A stretch of 64,000 nucleotides of DNA, taken from positions 3,265-67,264 of IMG/VR virus record IMGVR_UViG_3300050821_000359. One strand, given 5' to 3'. Positions 1-9,000 of this stretch are shown piece by piece (within the stretch, counting starts at the first letter, position 1; each line of letters starts with the position of its first letter). Under the pieces are notes generated by a model, which ran no database searches, was not told where the DNA came from, and saw only the letters and a program-made list of their open reading frames with translations. This DNA is from a virus. Position numbers and translations under genes: made by a program.

Positions 1-1
1 C

Positions 2-373
2 AAACGAGCGGCAGCGAAGCTATTCACAGCTATTGACAGGGGTGACGACTTCCCTTTAATTCCCGGTATTTGGGCGAACGTCTACAAAGCTTGGGACATT
101 GCTAACGGCGCAAATCCTATAAGTATTTTAGGACAAAGCCGACGCAACTTCAAAGTTTACCGATTCTTCAAGAACATTTTAGGAGACACAGACGGTGTAA
201 CGGTTGATAGTTGGGCGGCTAAGGTGGCTATTCCTAACTTGACGACACCTTACATCCGTGGTACTCTGTATTTGGGAATTGAGAAAGACTATCAGAAGGC
301 TGCTAAAAAGCTTGGTCTAGCTCCGAGAGACTTACAAGCTATTTGCTGGATACAGATTAGAGGGAGAGCGTAA
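2..373 (+). CDS. 5'-truncated phage protein, HhH-GPD/DNA-glycosylase-like fold
   Basis: Manual translation of frame 2 is open to TAA at 371-373: ...KVYRFFKNILG..GVTVDSWA...YQKAAKKLGLAPRDLQAICW, a pattern recalled from a widespread phage family. Confidence 0.5.
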   Translation, partial: KRAAAKLFTAIDRGDDFPLIPGIWANVYKAWDIANGANPISILGQSRRNFKVYRFFKNILGDTDGVTVDSWAAKVAIPNLTTPYIRGTLYLGIEKDYQKAAKKLGLAPRDLQAICWIQIRGRA

Positions 374-375
374 AA

Positions 376-711
376 ATGAAACAGTGGAATAGCGACAATG
401 TGGAATCTGCCATTATAAGTGTTCCAGAGTGTCAGGTTATAGCACAAGCACAACCAGAAGATTACACTACTGAAACTTTTTACGTAAATGTTTGCGGATC
501 AGAGCATAGTCTTTGGATAAGAGGTTTTAGAACTGATAGCGTACAGCCCTTATCGGATGATAATCAGATAGAAATGGTAGAGGTTACTACAGGGTATTCG
601 GACGGTGACATGCCGAACGATCCAGTTTTATGTATAGTCCATGCCAAAGTAAAGGCTGCGCTAATGACTGAAGGGTATCAAGTCGTTAACAGCATGGACC
701 CATATTTCTGA
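376..711 (+). CDS. hypothetical protein
   Basis: 111-aa ORF with GGGAG RBS. Confidence 0.6.
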   Translation: MKQWNSDNVESAIISVPECQVIAQAQPEDYTTETFYVNVCGSEHSLWIRGFRTDSVQPLSDDNQIEMVEVTTGYSDGDMPNDPVLCIVHAKVKAALMTEGYQVVNSMDPYF

Positions 712-720
712 AAACGGTTT

Positions 721-798
721 GGACACGTAGCTCAGGCGGATTAGAGCCAACGATTTCTAATCGTTAGGTCGCAAGTTCGAGTCTTGCCGTGTCCACCA
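721..798 (+). tRNA. tRNA-Arg(UCU)
   Basis: GGACACG/CGTGTCC acceptor, anticodon arm AACGA-TTTCTAA-TCGTT, T arm GCAAG-TTCGAGT-CTTGC, encoded CCA. Confidence 0.95.
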
Positions 799-820
799 CT
801 ATAATCCTGAAAGGATGTTT

Positions 821-955
821 ATGGTTAATCTATTAAAAGAATTGCACATACTGCATAGTTGGTCTAAATGGGTTATTAGACCATCCCTAATAGCCCTTAT
901 ACAAAGCAGAGTTTGTAGTAAATGTGGAAAAATTGCTATTAGGGAGATTTATTAA
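821..955 (+). CDS. small Cys/His protein (44 aa)
   Basis: Manual translation MVNLLKELHILHSWSKW...RVCSKCGK; AAGGA RBS. Confidence 0.45.
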   Translation: MVNLLKELHILHSWSKWVIRPSLIALIQSRVCSKCGKIAIREIY

Positions 956-1236
956 TGTGGAACCTAACCCTTAAAGGAATCCCGCCCGAAAGGCGTTTTG
1001 TGTATAGGATACGCATACCATGATCCCAAAGGGACCGAACATGTTGGTACTATTGAAGAGTTAATGAAAATCATTCCTTCTCACGAATTAGTATGGAAAC
1101 TATCAGGTATTGGAAAGGTGCAACTAGACAATGAATACGTTTAAACCAATCTCAGAATTCGCAACCAACCGCAAGTGTGTCGAGTGCTTGCAACCGGCTA
1201 TTCAATGGCGCTACAAACCCGATCAGCGCGGAGGAA

Positions 1237-1266
1237 TTGACAAATCATCCAAGCAACCTGTATGCT
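1237..1266 (+). promoter_or_regulatory. sigma70-like promoter upstream of the recombinase
   Basis: TTGACA-18 nt-TATGCT. Confidence 0.5.
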
Positions 1267-1819
1267 CTGTACATGGCTCAAACGCCTAGAAAGGGCTGTC
1301 ATGCAGCATTTTACACAGGACGAACTGAAAAGACTTATTAAGGAGATTCCTAAAGACCGTCAGAAGCTAATGATAGCTGTAGGATTCTCGCATGGTTTGA
1401 GGGTATCAGAATTAACAACACTTACTAAAGAAAATATCAGGGATGGTCACGTTGTCTGTCAAAGGTTAAAAGGATCGTTAAAGACCGTGCAGCCGTTTGT
1501 CGAGCATCCGGACCCAGAGCTAAATGAAGCTGGACGTTTAAGGGTACTGTATGGTACTCTAAAGCCTAACGAGCGACTGTTCCCTATGACCAGATCAGGG
1601 GTTTGGAGACTAATCCAGAGAGCAGGGGAACGGGCAGGATTGCCGAAGCATAAGTTACATCCTCATGCTCTCAAACATAGCTGTGCAATGGTTGCTATTA
1701 AGACAGCCGGAATTCAAAATATAAGACAGTACCTAGGTCACAAGAGTATTGCTTCAACCGGAGAGTATCTGAAAGTTTCAGACTCCGAAGCTAGCAAAGC
1801 ATTTATAGGATCACTATAA
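1262..1819 (+). CDS. tyrosine recombinase, catalytic domain only (likely start ATG 1301)
   Basis: GLRVSE, RLKGS, HPHALKHS, YLGHKSIASTGEY motifs. Confidence 0.9.
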   Translation: MLCTWLKRLERAVMQHFTQDELKRLIKEIPKDRQKLMIAVGFSHGLRVSELTTLTKENIRDGHVVCQRLKGSLKTVQPFVEHPDPELNEAGRLRVLYGTLKPNERLFPMTRSGVWRLIQRAGERAGLPKHKLHPHALKHSCAMVAIKTAGIQNIRQYLGHKSIASTGEYLKVSDSEASKAFIGSL

Positions 1820-1900
1820 TGGAACAGCCAAGAAAATTACCTTGTACTGGATGTGGAAGGATAAGACCTAAAAAGTTTTTAAAACCAATTAAGAACAGGG

Positions 1901-2398
1901 TTGGACTTTTTTGTGGTATTTGTCAAATACCTTATGGACGTAAGAAAGAGTTTTTCCATGACTAAAGCCGATTATCTAAAAGAAAACCGATACACATCTG
2001 GCTACATGGGTAAAGACAACATGTTACCTAAAAAGTTTCAGAAGAATGTCGCCCGTTGTGTCAAATTTCTGAAAACAATTAATAAGAGGTATGATAGCAT
2101 TGCGTTCACAGGAATGTCAGGAGCATTAGTAGCTCCTATTCTTGCTTACAAACTTAATAAGCATTTATTATTAGTTCGCAAAGAAAATGAGGAACGGCAC
2201 TCTTGGCAAGATGTAGAAGGTTTTACCAAATGCTCTAAATACATTATAGTAGATGATTTTATAGTTTCTGGAAAGACTGTAGAAAGAATACAAGAAAAGG
2301 TTTTTGAAGACTATCCAGCAGCGAGATGTATTGGTACTTTACAATATACCAGAAATATGAGTCTTAGTAAAATAAGTTTAATAGAAAGGGACAAATAA
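1901..2398 (+). CDS. type I phosphoribosyltransferase-like protein (likely start ATG 1958)
   Basis: PRPP-binding motif IIVDDFIVSGKT; LLLVRK. Confidence 0.8.
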   Translation: MDFFVVFVKYLMDVRKSFSMTKADYLKENRYTSGYMGKDNMLPKKFQKNVARCVKFLKTINKRYDSIAFTGMSGALVAPILAYKLNKHLLLVRKENEERHSWQDVEGFTKCSKYIIVDDFIVSGKTVERIQEKVFEDYPAARCIGTLQYTRNMSLSKISLIERDK

Positions 2399-2616
2399 TG
2401 TTCGACCAATATAAGCAAGTTAACAATGCGTTCATCGGAGCAGGAGAAAAGGCTTTTTCTGCACGTATTCCTATTTATAACAATCCTTACAGCAAGGCTC
2501 CCTTTCGGTCCCTTTGGATTCGTGGCTGGAAACGTGCTGAAAAGGCGTTTAACGAAATGGTACGTAAGAGCAAGGCTTTTCAGGAGACTTTGCCTTTGGA
2601 GGAAGTGAATGATTAA
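2398..2616 (+). CDS. hypothetical protein
   Basis: Translationally coupled ORF with NPY...WIRGW motif. Confidence 0.55.
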   Translation: MFDQYKQVNNAFIGAGEKAFSARIPIYNNPYSKAPFRSLWIRGWKRAEKAFNEMVRKSKAFQETLPLEEVND

Positions 2617-3154
2617 ATCTTTTTCTGAGAAAGCATTGACCCGAAAGAGTAATTTCCATTGGACAGAAGTATTTATACCTATTGGGATAGTATTAATATT
2701 TATAATATCAATGTTCACAACACATTGGTACACTAAGCCTAAACCTATTCCTAGTCCTGAACACATAACGTGGAACATACTGGCAGGGCCACCCGCGAAT
2801 CTCACTATCAATGGACAACGTTGGTTACTTTTACAGTATGACTATCATGATGATGTAAATTTTAATGTATATGATGACAAAGGAAACGTTGTTGGTCACA
2901 CTGGAGCAATGACTGCTTGTGACTCTAATACAATTTGGTATGATCCTTTTGTGTCACAGGCTTTGCTGAGAGACGATGTGTGGCATGAGATTAACCACGC
3001 CGAACTGTGCGGTGAAGATGATACCAAGATACAGAGAATAGCTCGCATCAAGCTAACTCACGACCATTGTCTAGTATATCAATTAGGAATGTCTGGATCA
3101 AGTTTTATACACGATAATCCAGAGTTTATGAAGTGGATGGAGGATTGGAAATAA
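2609..3154 (+). CDS. membrane-anchored protein with HExxH motif (possible zincin-like peptidase)
   Basis: N-terminal TM helix; WHEINHAE. Confidence 0.5.
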   Translation: MIKSFSEKALTRKSNFHWTEVFIPIGIVLIFIISMFTTHWYTKPKPIPSPEHITWNILAGPPANLTINGQRWLLLQYDYHDDVNFNVYDDKGNVVGHTGAMTACDSNTIWYDPFVSQALLRDDVWHEINHAELCGEDDTKIQRIARIKLTHDHCLVYQLGMSGSSFIHDNPEFMKWMEDWK

Positions 3155-3514
3155 ATGTTAACAGAACTTGATAGTTACGATTGGGCGGAAGTATTCGGTG
3201 AAGGTGGTGGCGGCAACTGCGAACCTATTATCCCTAACCGTTTAATTAATGGTGTACTAACCCCTGAACCTACTTTCTCTCGTGAAGATGTAGTAACCAT
3301 TAAGGGACAAGTAGAAGGCGAGAGAGACGAACAGAGTTGGGTTGTCTGGGGCCAATTAAAAGACGGCAGATTCTTTGTCGCTAGAGGTTGGTGCGATTAC
3401 ACAGGATGGGACTGTCGAGCAGGTAATTCTGGTGACACGTTTCCTACTGAAGATGAACTAATCCGATATGGTATGGATACCAATGAACGGTTACGGTTCG
3501 GCTTAGAGTTATGA
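3155..3514 (+). CDS. hypothetical protein
   Basis: Coupled ORF; GWCDYTGWDC motif. Confidence 0.6.
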   Translation: MLTELDSYDWAEVFGEGGGGNCEPIIPNRLINGVLTPEPTFSREDVVTIKGQVEGERDEQSWVVWGQLKDGRFFVARGWCDYTGWDCRAGNSGDTFPTEDELIRYGMDTNERLRFGLEL

Positions 3515-3777
3515 AAAAACTTATAGAGAACGTACCACCGAGCGCACCTAAGAAGCGGGGTAGACCAGCTAAGGTTAAGGACGAGCTAATCCCTGATAGT
3601 CTACCTAATAATCTGGTACTCGGTTGTCTGGTACGTTACTATGAGGGTGGCTGGCGGTTTGGTTACCTAGAGTCGATAAAGATGACTACGGCGCATGTAA
3701 CTCCTGTAGCAGCGTACAAGGCTAACCCCGGACGGTCAGTATCAATCGATGTTAATAGTTTGCAAAGAGGAAATTAA
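3511..3777 (+). CDS. hypothetical protein with AT-hook-like motif
   Basis: PKKRGRPAK; ATGA overlap. Confidence 0.55.
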   Translation: MKKLIENVPPSAPKKRGRPAKVKDELIPDSLPNNLVLGCLVRYYEGGWRFGYLESIKMTTAHVTPVAAYKANPGRSVSIDVNSLQRGN

Positions 3778-4103
3778 ATGAATAAAATTATAACAATAAT
3801 GGTGGCAATTTCTTTATATACTCAAACTGCCAAATATCCTACACGTTTAACTTATCCCCTTTGTGGATCGGGTTTTGAAAATTCTTTATGTAGAGGAATT
3901 GGTCCCTTTCTTCGGAGTGATTATCAAATATGGATAGATAGGCGGCTAAATTTTCATCTATGGCTAGACTACTCAAAATGGTCCCACAATGTTGAACGTG
4001 ACGACGAGGGAGCATGGAACGGTGATTTTAACAGTCGTCCGAGTGTTTGTGAAGACTTGGCATGGAAGTATGTTCCTATGGACTGTTAATAGTTTGCAAA
4101 GAG
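3750..4103 (+). repeat. 20-bp direct repeat TGTTAATAGTTTGCAAAGAG flanking ORF 3778-4089
   Basis: Identical copies at 3750-3769 and 4084-4103. Confidence 0.9.
3778..4089 (+). CDS. hypothetical protein, possibly exported
   Basis: MNKIITIMVAISLYTQTA signal-like N-terminus; 4 Cys. Confidence 0.5.
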   Translation: MNKIITIMVAISLYTQTAKYPTRLTYPLCGSGFENSLCRGIGPFLRSDYQIWIDRRLNFHLWLDYSKWSHNVERDDEGAWNGDFNSRPSVCEDLAWKYVPMDC

Positions 4104-4113
4104 AGGATAAATA

Positions 4114-4473
4114 ATGAGCGATTTCTGTGGAAGTGTAGAGTTTATGGACGATGAACTACTTAGAACCAAACTGGCGCAAGCCATGAAAGATGTTCAAGAA
4201 CTGTCTTCGGAGCAAGAAAGGCGCAGTCACTTTACCTCTACTGAAATATTAGCTGATAGGCTTCATAGGCTTTTGCATCCGGTTCATGACTGCGACTATA
4301 GCTATTCAAAATGGCCGATGCCTTTTGGGTGTCGTTTAGAATTTTGGAACTTAGCCTACTCATGCGAAAAATGGTTTAAAGTGTACTCAGAGAAAGTTCC
4401 GAAAGGTGTATCGGATGACTATCCTTTGGGACAATTAATAAAGTTTTTAGAAATTGCTAGATTTGGTAGCTAA
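4114..4473 (+). CDS. hypothetical protein
   Basis: GAGG RBS, 119 aa. Confidence 0.6.
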   Translation: MSDFCGSVEFMDDELLRTKLAQAMKDVQELSSEQERRSHFTSTEILADRLHRLLHPVHDCDYSYSKWPMPFGCRLEFWNLAYSCEKWFKVYSEKVPKGVSDDYPLGQLIKFLEIARFGS

Positions 4474-4482
4474 GAGAGGGTA

Positions 4483-5556
4483 ATGTTAGATGATTTAGAT
4501 AAACTTGCAAAGCAATTCGGTGGACTTACTGAAGAATATTCGTTCTATGGCGGGCAAGTAACGCTTAGATATGACGTTAAAAACCATGTCTACTATTTAA
4601 TAACTGGTGATGAATTAGTTGCACTAGATGGGGTTACTAATATTTGTCACATTTTAGATAAATCATCCGTTCTCGTTCCTTGGGGATGCAAGATGATGGG
4701 CAACAAACTGCTAAGTCTTATTAAAACTGAGTACCAATATGATCAATATGAAAATTTTCTAACTAACGAAAAAGAGTTAATAGAACTTATCAGGCAGTCT
4801 AAAAGTGCTCATAAAGATATTTTAGAAGATGCTGGCAACGTAGGTCATGTAGCTCATGCTTGGATTGAGAAGTATATAAATGCTTCAATAGCTAGTACGG
4901 CTCCTATCCCTGTAACGATTAACGAGCCTAGAGCGTTAAGCTGCGTACAGGCCGCTCTAACGTGGATGAATAAGCACAACGTCAGATGGCTTGGTACTGA
5001 GCGTAAAGTATACTCAAGGCGCTATCAGTATGCTGGTACTATGGATGGTTGGGCATTAGTCGATTCGTGCAAGGAACCCACTTGTTGTAAAACAGTTTTC
5101 AAAGATAGACTGTCCCTAGTGGACTGGAAGTCGGGCAACGGATTGTGGCCGGAATTTCTTTTGCAAACTGCTGCTTACCAACAAGCTTTTGAAGAGGAAA
5201 CAGGACAGATTATTGATGATCGTTGGATAGTCCGACTAGGAAAAGAGGATGGGAAGTTTTTTGTATGGCATGTAGAAGGCAGAGAAAATTACGAAGAGGA
5301 TTTATCAGCGTTCTTATCAGCTTTAGACTTATCAAGGGATTTTGCAACTGTTAAAGAACGAGTAAACGAGGAGAATAGTGCTATTAGTCTAGCTAAAAAG
5401 ATTGCTAAGAAAGCTGCTCAAGAGGAAGCTAATAAGATTCAGTGTAAGAAGTATCCGACTTATAAAGGTGTTCGCTATCCTACTTGCAATGGCGGAAATC
5501 CTTGTCAGGCTTGCCTAAAAAAGTATGAAGAAAAGCATTTGGTACTTGACAAGTAG
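4483..5556 (+). CDS. PD-(D/E)XK (Cas4/RecB-like) exonuclease
   Basis: GHVAH, E..V, YAGTMD, LVDWKSG, QTAAY motifs; C-terminal Cys cluster. Confidence 0.85.
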   Translation: MLDDLDKLAKQFGGLTEEYSFYGGQVTLRYDVKNHVYYLITGDELVALDGVTNICHILDKSSVLVPWGCKMMGNKLLSLIKTEYQYDQYENFLTNEKELIELIRQSKSAHKDILEDAGNVGHVAHAWIEKYINASIASTAPIPVTINEPRALSCVQAALTWMNKHNVRWLGTERKVYSRRYQYAGTMDGWALVDSCKEPTCCKTVFKDRLSLVDWKSGNGLWPEFLLQTAAYQQAFEEETGQIIDDRWIVRLGKEDGKFFVWHVEGRENYEEDLSAFLSALDLSRDFATVKERVNEENSAISLAKKIAKKAAQEEANKIQCKKYPTYKGVRYPTCNGGNPCQACLKKYEEKHLVLDK

Positions 5557-5574
5557 GGACGGATAATGTATACT
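5546..5574 (+). promoter_or_regulatory. strong sigma70-like promoter
   Basis: TTGACA (5546-5551), 17 nt, TATACT (5569-5574); predicted TSS about 5581. Confidence 0.8.
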
Positions 5575-5581
5575 ATACGTA

Positions 5582-5689
5582 TTGGTGGTAGTTTAATGGA
5601 AAACTTAAAAGGTCCGTGGAAACGGCAAAGGCTATTCGGCTTTCCGGTGATGACTCCGGTGTTAAACGCAAGCTGACCTTGCTCACCAA
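5582..5689 (+). ncRNA. tRNA-like structured RNA with expanded anticodon domain
   Basis: 7-bp acceptor-like stem TTGGTGG/TCACCAA, UA linker, D arm GTTT-AATGGA-AAAC, T-like arm GCAAG-CTGAC-CTTGC, internal hairpins; begins at the predicted TSS. Confidence 0.55.
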
Positions 5690-5709
5690 TGTAAGACCAA
5701 AAGGAACTA

Positions 5710-6549
5710 GTGGGAAACGAATTAACTATTTTAAACAATCAGGGAATTGGTGTAGATTTTACCAATCCTTTGTTCAAACTGAAGCCATCAACTCTTAACA
5801 TTGTTCAGCCGAATACACAACTAGATGCCAAGAAGGGCGCACTTCGTATCAACGAGACTGGCGACCAATACGATCAAATGGTCGTTACACTATTAAAGAT
5901 GCCAACAGCATCAAGACGCTGGTACACCGGACAAGCAGGACAGCTTAATAGGATACCTGAAAACCTCATGTGCTATTCATACGATTTGATTGCACCTGAT
6001 AAGAATTCGAAGATTCCTCAAGCAATGAACTGTGCATCTTGTTCTAAGAACATGGACGTACACAAGAATTGGGAGAAGTGGAGTCAGACTAAGAATAGTC
6101 TCGATAGACCACAATGCGAGACAGAGTTTTTAGCATACTTTATTGACACGGTTTTTAAGTTTCCTTTTAGAATGTTTATTCGTTCTAAGGCGAAAGACCC
6201 GTTTGAAATAGCCATGAGCAATCTTACTAATAAGTTGTTCATGCGTAAGGCTCAAGGACTTAGCTATAATATCTTCGACGTTAAGTTTACAATGGGAACT
6301 AAGGAAATTACTACTGGTAAGTTTAAGTCATATGTTCCAACATTCAGTAAGTTTGAGTATGTTACTGACGAAGATAGAGTAGCTTTTGGAGATATTTATC
6401 AGCAATTTGTTGCATCTGAAACTGCTGCTAAAGAGACTAAACAGCTAGCTGCGGCTTCGGAAGCTACCATAGAAGCTAATAGCCAAGTTGATAATGCTGT
6501 TACAGAAGGAGAATATGTTACCGATCAAGACGGCGATATTATTATTTAG
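5710..6549 (+). CDS. putative single-stranded DNA-binding/annealing protein
   Basis: Follows the exonuclease; Cys cluster; acidic C-terminal tail EGEYVTDQDGDIII; AAGGA RBS + GTG. Confidence 0.55.
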   Translation: MGNELTILNNQGIGVDFTNPLFKLKPSTLNIVQPNTQLDAKKGALRINETGDQYDQMVVTLLKMPTASRRWYTGQAGQLNRIPENLMCYSYDLIAPDKNSKIPQAMNCASCSKNMDVHKNWEKWSQTKNSLDRPQCETEFLAYFIDTVFKFPFRMFIRSKAKDPFEIAMSNLTNKLFMRKAQGLSYNIFDVKFTMGTKEITTGKFKSYVPTFSKFEYVTDEDRVAFGDIYQQFVASETAAKETKQLAAASEATIEANSQVDNAVTEGEYVTDQDGDIII

Positions 6550-6826
6550 TGTCACTGCAAGTGGCCATTGTACTAAAGTCTGCACGGATGTTATTCCAGA
6601 AAATGCCGTGGAACCAATTATGGTGCATGAGGAACCTATTTGTCCTAGAGAAGACTATAAGCTAAAGTGGTTTGTAGTCTACTCGGCAACTCTCCAAGGA
6701 TGGTCGGATTCTGGGAATGGAGTGCGTGCTGTCTACGGTGACGATAAGCGATTGAAGTTTCAGCCGATGTGTGTTATAAAAGGGGAGGACGATGCTGCAC
6801 CTAGCTCTGTACCTGTTTCTAAGTAA
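6488..6826 (+). CDS. hypothetical exported Cys-containing protein (likely start ATG 6515)
   Basis: GGAG RBS then MLPIKTAILLFSVTASG. Confidence 0.5.
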   Translation: MIMLLQKENMLPIKTAILLFSVTASGHCTKVCTDVIPENAVEPIMVHEEPICPREDYKLKWFVVYSATLQGWSDSGNGVRAVYGDDKRLKFQPMCVIKGEDDAAPSSVPVSK

Positions 6827-7109
6827 TCCGCCTCATACGTTAGAGAATGAAATAAAGACTGCCAATTCTGTTCTTATGGAGTTAAAAACTATTGATTGCG
6901 GTGATCCAAGATTCTTTGGGGAAGTGCTTCTTTTCAAATCAGAACTAGAACTATTATCAAATGTTATTAGTGTATCTTCTGACAAAGAAGTTAAGAAAAA
7001 TGAAAAAGAATTGCGGGAATTCAAACAAGCAGCAGAACAAGTTATTAGGGATAAAGAGGATTGCGTAAATTCGTTAGAAATTGCGCCAACCCCGCATAGT
7101 AAGATATAG
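6792..7109 (+). CDS. hypothetical protein
   Basis: GGAGG RBS; hydrophobic N-terminus. Confidence 0.55.
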   Translation: MLHLALYLFLSNPPHTLENEIKTANSVLMELKTIDCGDPRFFGEVLLFKSELELLSNVISVSSDKEVKKNEKELREFKQAAEQVIRDKEDCVNSLEIAPTPHSKI

Positions 7110-7116
7110 GAGGAAA

Positions 7117-7434
7117 ATGAAGTATACAATTCTAGCTCTGGCACTTTTTAGTGCCACGGCTTTCGCACAAACAACACCCGTAACCCCAGACACCGAGAAG
7201 CTTACTTCTTCTGAAGAACTTGCTCTCAAGTATGTAGGTCAAGAGTTTAACCAAGCACAGCAAGACCTTGCGCGTCTGGGTAGCGATGTAGCTAAGGCCC
7301 ATCCCGGTTACACACTTAACCCTAACACCGGAACACTGGTTAAGGAAGCAGCAAAGGCCGCACCTGTTGCGATACCGGAAGCTGCGCCTAAGCCCGAAGT
7401 TAAGTCTGACGCAAAGCCTGAAAAGAAGAAGTAG
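7117..7434 (+). CDS. exported protein with signal peptide
   Basis: AGGAGG RBS before ATG 7117; MKYTILALALFSATAFA|QTT. Confidence 0.7.
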   Translation: MKYTILALALFSATAFAQTTPVTPDTEKLTSSEELALKYVGQEFNQAQQDLARLGSDVAKAHPGYTLNPNTGTLVKEAAKAAPVAIPEAAPKPEVKSDAKPEKKK

Positions 7435-7442
7435 GAGATACG

Positions 7443-8570
7443 GTGCTTTTATACGATTACGTAAATGAAGAATTGCTAAAACAAAATATAGCCTCTGAGT
7501 TGATAAACGTGCAAAGGCACCCGAACCTGCCCCTTGATATTTATACTTATAGTCGTAAGTGTGTTTTAGAACAAGAGTGGAACGACGCCACAATTAAGTG
7601 CAGAGGGTTAATTGTTAATAGAGAGACTAAAGAAATAGTGGCTAGACCGTTTCAGAAGTTTTTCAACCTTAACGATTCGACTCGTCCTGAAACGTTATTG
7701 GAAAACTTGCCAAAAGACGAACCAGTCATAACAGAAAAGATTGATGGAAATTTAATTACTTTCTGGAGATACGGCATACACTGGGGAGCGGCTAGCAAAG
7801 GTTCATTTACTTCGGATCATGCTAAGTGGGCTACTAAGTGGTTAGAAGATCATATCGAAGAACATGGTCCGCTAGTCTTCCCGGAAGGTTTTACTCCTGT
7901 ATTTGAGGCTGTGTGCGAATCGGTACAGCATCATGTGGTTCATTACGGTAAAGATAGATTAGTGTTACTGGCTCTTATTAATATTGAAACCGGTTTTGAG
8001 AGTGCTTTAGATCGTCCGTATGCTTTACGGAATCACTTGGAATACGTGGACGAGCCACCAATCGGACTAGATGCAGCAATAAACGCAGACGGACCTAACA
8101 TAGAAGGTTTTGTCGCAACATGGCACAGACCCGGACAGCCACCGCTGAAGGTAAAAATTAAGCATCCAACGTTTCTAAAGTACCAGAAGATTTTGCACAA
8201 AGCCTCACCAAAAACTGTTTTAGAGTTGCTAAAAATGGGCGATCAGGGTACAATTGATAATTGGGTGACAAGTGCTCCTAAACATATTGCCGTAGTTATC
8301 GATCAATGGCAAGGAATGTTTAAAAATACTTATGAGCATCTTAGAAGCATGTCGGCAAGCATTCTGACAGAAGCGTTAAAGACTTGTACGACCCGTAAAG
8401 AGTTTGCTTTCTTCTTTTTAGAAGAACAGAATAAGTTTTTTGCTCCGGTCTGTTTCGCTATGTTAGACGAGCATAAACACCAAGAAGTTATATGGAAGAT
8501 CATCGGACATAGTTTAGACAATGATCAAATGTTTGCCAGTGCTTTTAGATCACTAGAGATAGGAGATTAA
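7443..8570 (+). CDS. RNA ligase, T4 Rnl1-like
   Basis: CRGLI, ARPFQKFFN, motif I EKIDGN, EGFV, KIK. Confidence 0.9.
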   Translation: MLLYDYVNEELLKQNIASELINVQRHPNLPLDIYTYSRKCVLEQEWNDATIKCRGLIVNRETKEIVARPFQKFFNLNDSTRPETLLENLPKDEPVITEKIDGNLITFWRYGIHWGAASKGSFTSDHAKWATKWLEDHIEEHGPLVFPEGFTPVFEAVCESVQHHVVHYGKDRLVLLALINIETGFESALDRPYALRNHLEYVDEPPIGLDAAINADGPNIEGFVATWHRPGQPPLKVKIKHPTFLKYQKILHKASPKTVLELLKMGDQGTIDNWVTSAPKHIAVVIDQWQGMFKNTYEHLRSMSASILTEALKTCTTRKEFAFFFLEEQNKFFAPVCFAMLDEHKHQEVIWKIIGHSLDNDQMFASAFRSLEIGD

Positions 8571-8571
8571 C

Positions 8572-9000
8572 ATGTTAAAAGTCTATTTAGCAGCACAATA
8601 CGCTAGACGAGATGAAATGTGTATCGTTGCTAAGCATTTGCAAGAAGTTGGTGTAGAGGTTACTTCTCGGTGGCTAGCAGAACAGGAAAGTCTTTCTAGC
8701 GACATGGGCGATCATTCTGATGATTTTTATAAAACTACTGCGGCAATTGACCTAGAAGATATTGATAGAGCAGATGTACTTGTGTTTATGGCCGAAAGTC
8801 CTTTAGTGGGAATTAAACGCGGGGGGCGGCATGTGGAATTTGGGTACGCTTTGGCAAAAGGTAAGAGAATATTTGTCATAGGGTTTAAGGAAAATGTGTT
8901 CCACTATATTCCTGGTGTAGAGCATTTTATTGGTATCGAGGATGTTGTACATTATATTGATTTAATTAGCCATGTGGAAGAAAATTGTATAAAAAATTAG
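8572..9000 (+). CDS. nucleoside 2-deoxyribosyltransferase-like protein
   Basis: KVYLA, DLEDIDRADVLV, GRHVEFGYALAKGK. Confidence 0.8.
   Translation: MLKVYLAAQYARRDEMCIVAKHLQEVGVEVTSRWLAEQESLSSDMGDHSDDFYKTTAAIDLEDIDRADVLVFMAESPLVGIKRGGRHVEFGYALAKGKRIFVIGFKENVFHYIPGVEHFIGIEDVVHYIDLISHVEENCIKN

Noticed and set aside
4483-5556. CRISPR-Cas locus suggested by the Cas4-like nuclease
   Set aside because: No repeat-spacer array or other cas genes seen; such nucleases are common in phage recombination modules
5616-5798. 60-aa ORF
   Set aside because: Lies over the structured RNA and out of frame with the SSB-like gene
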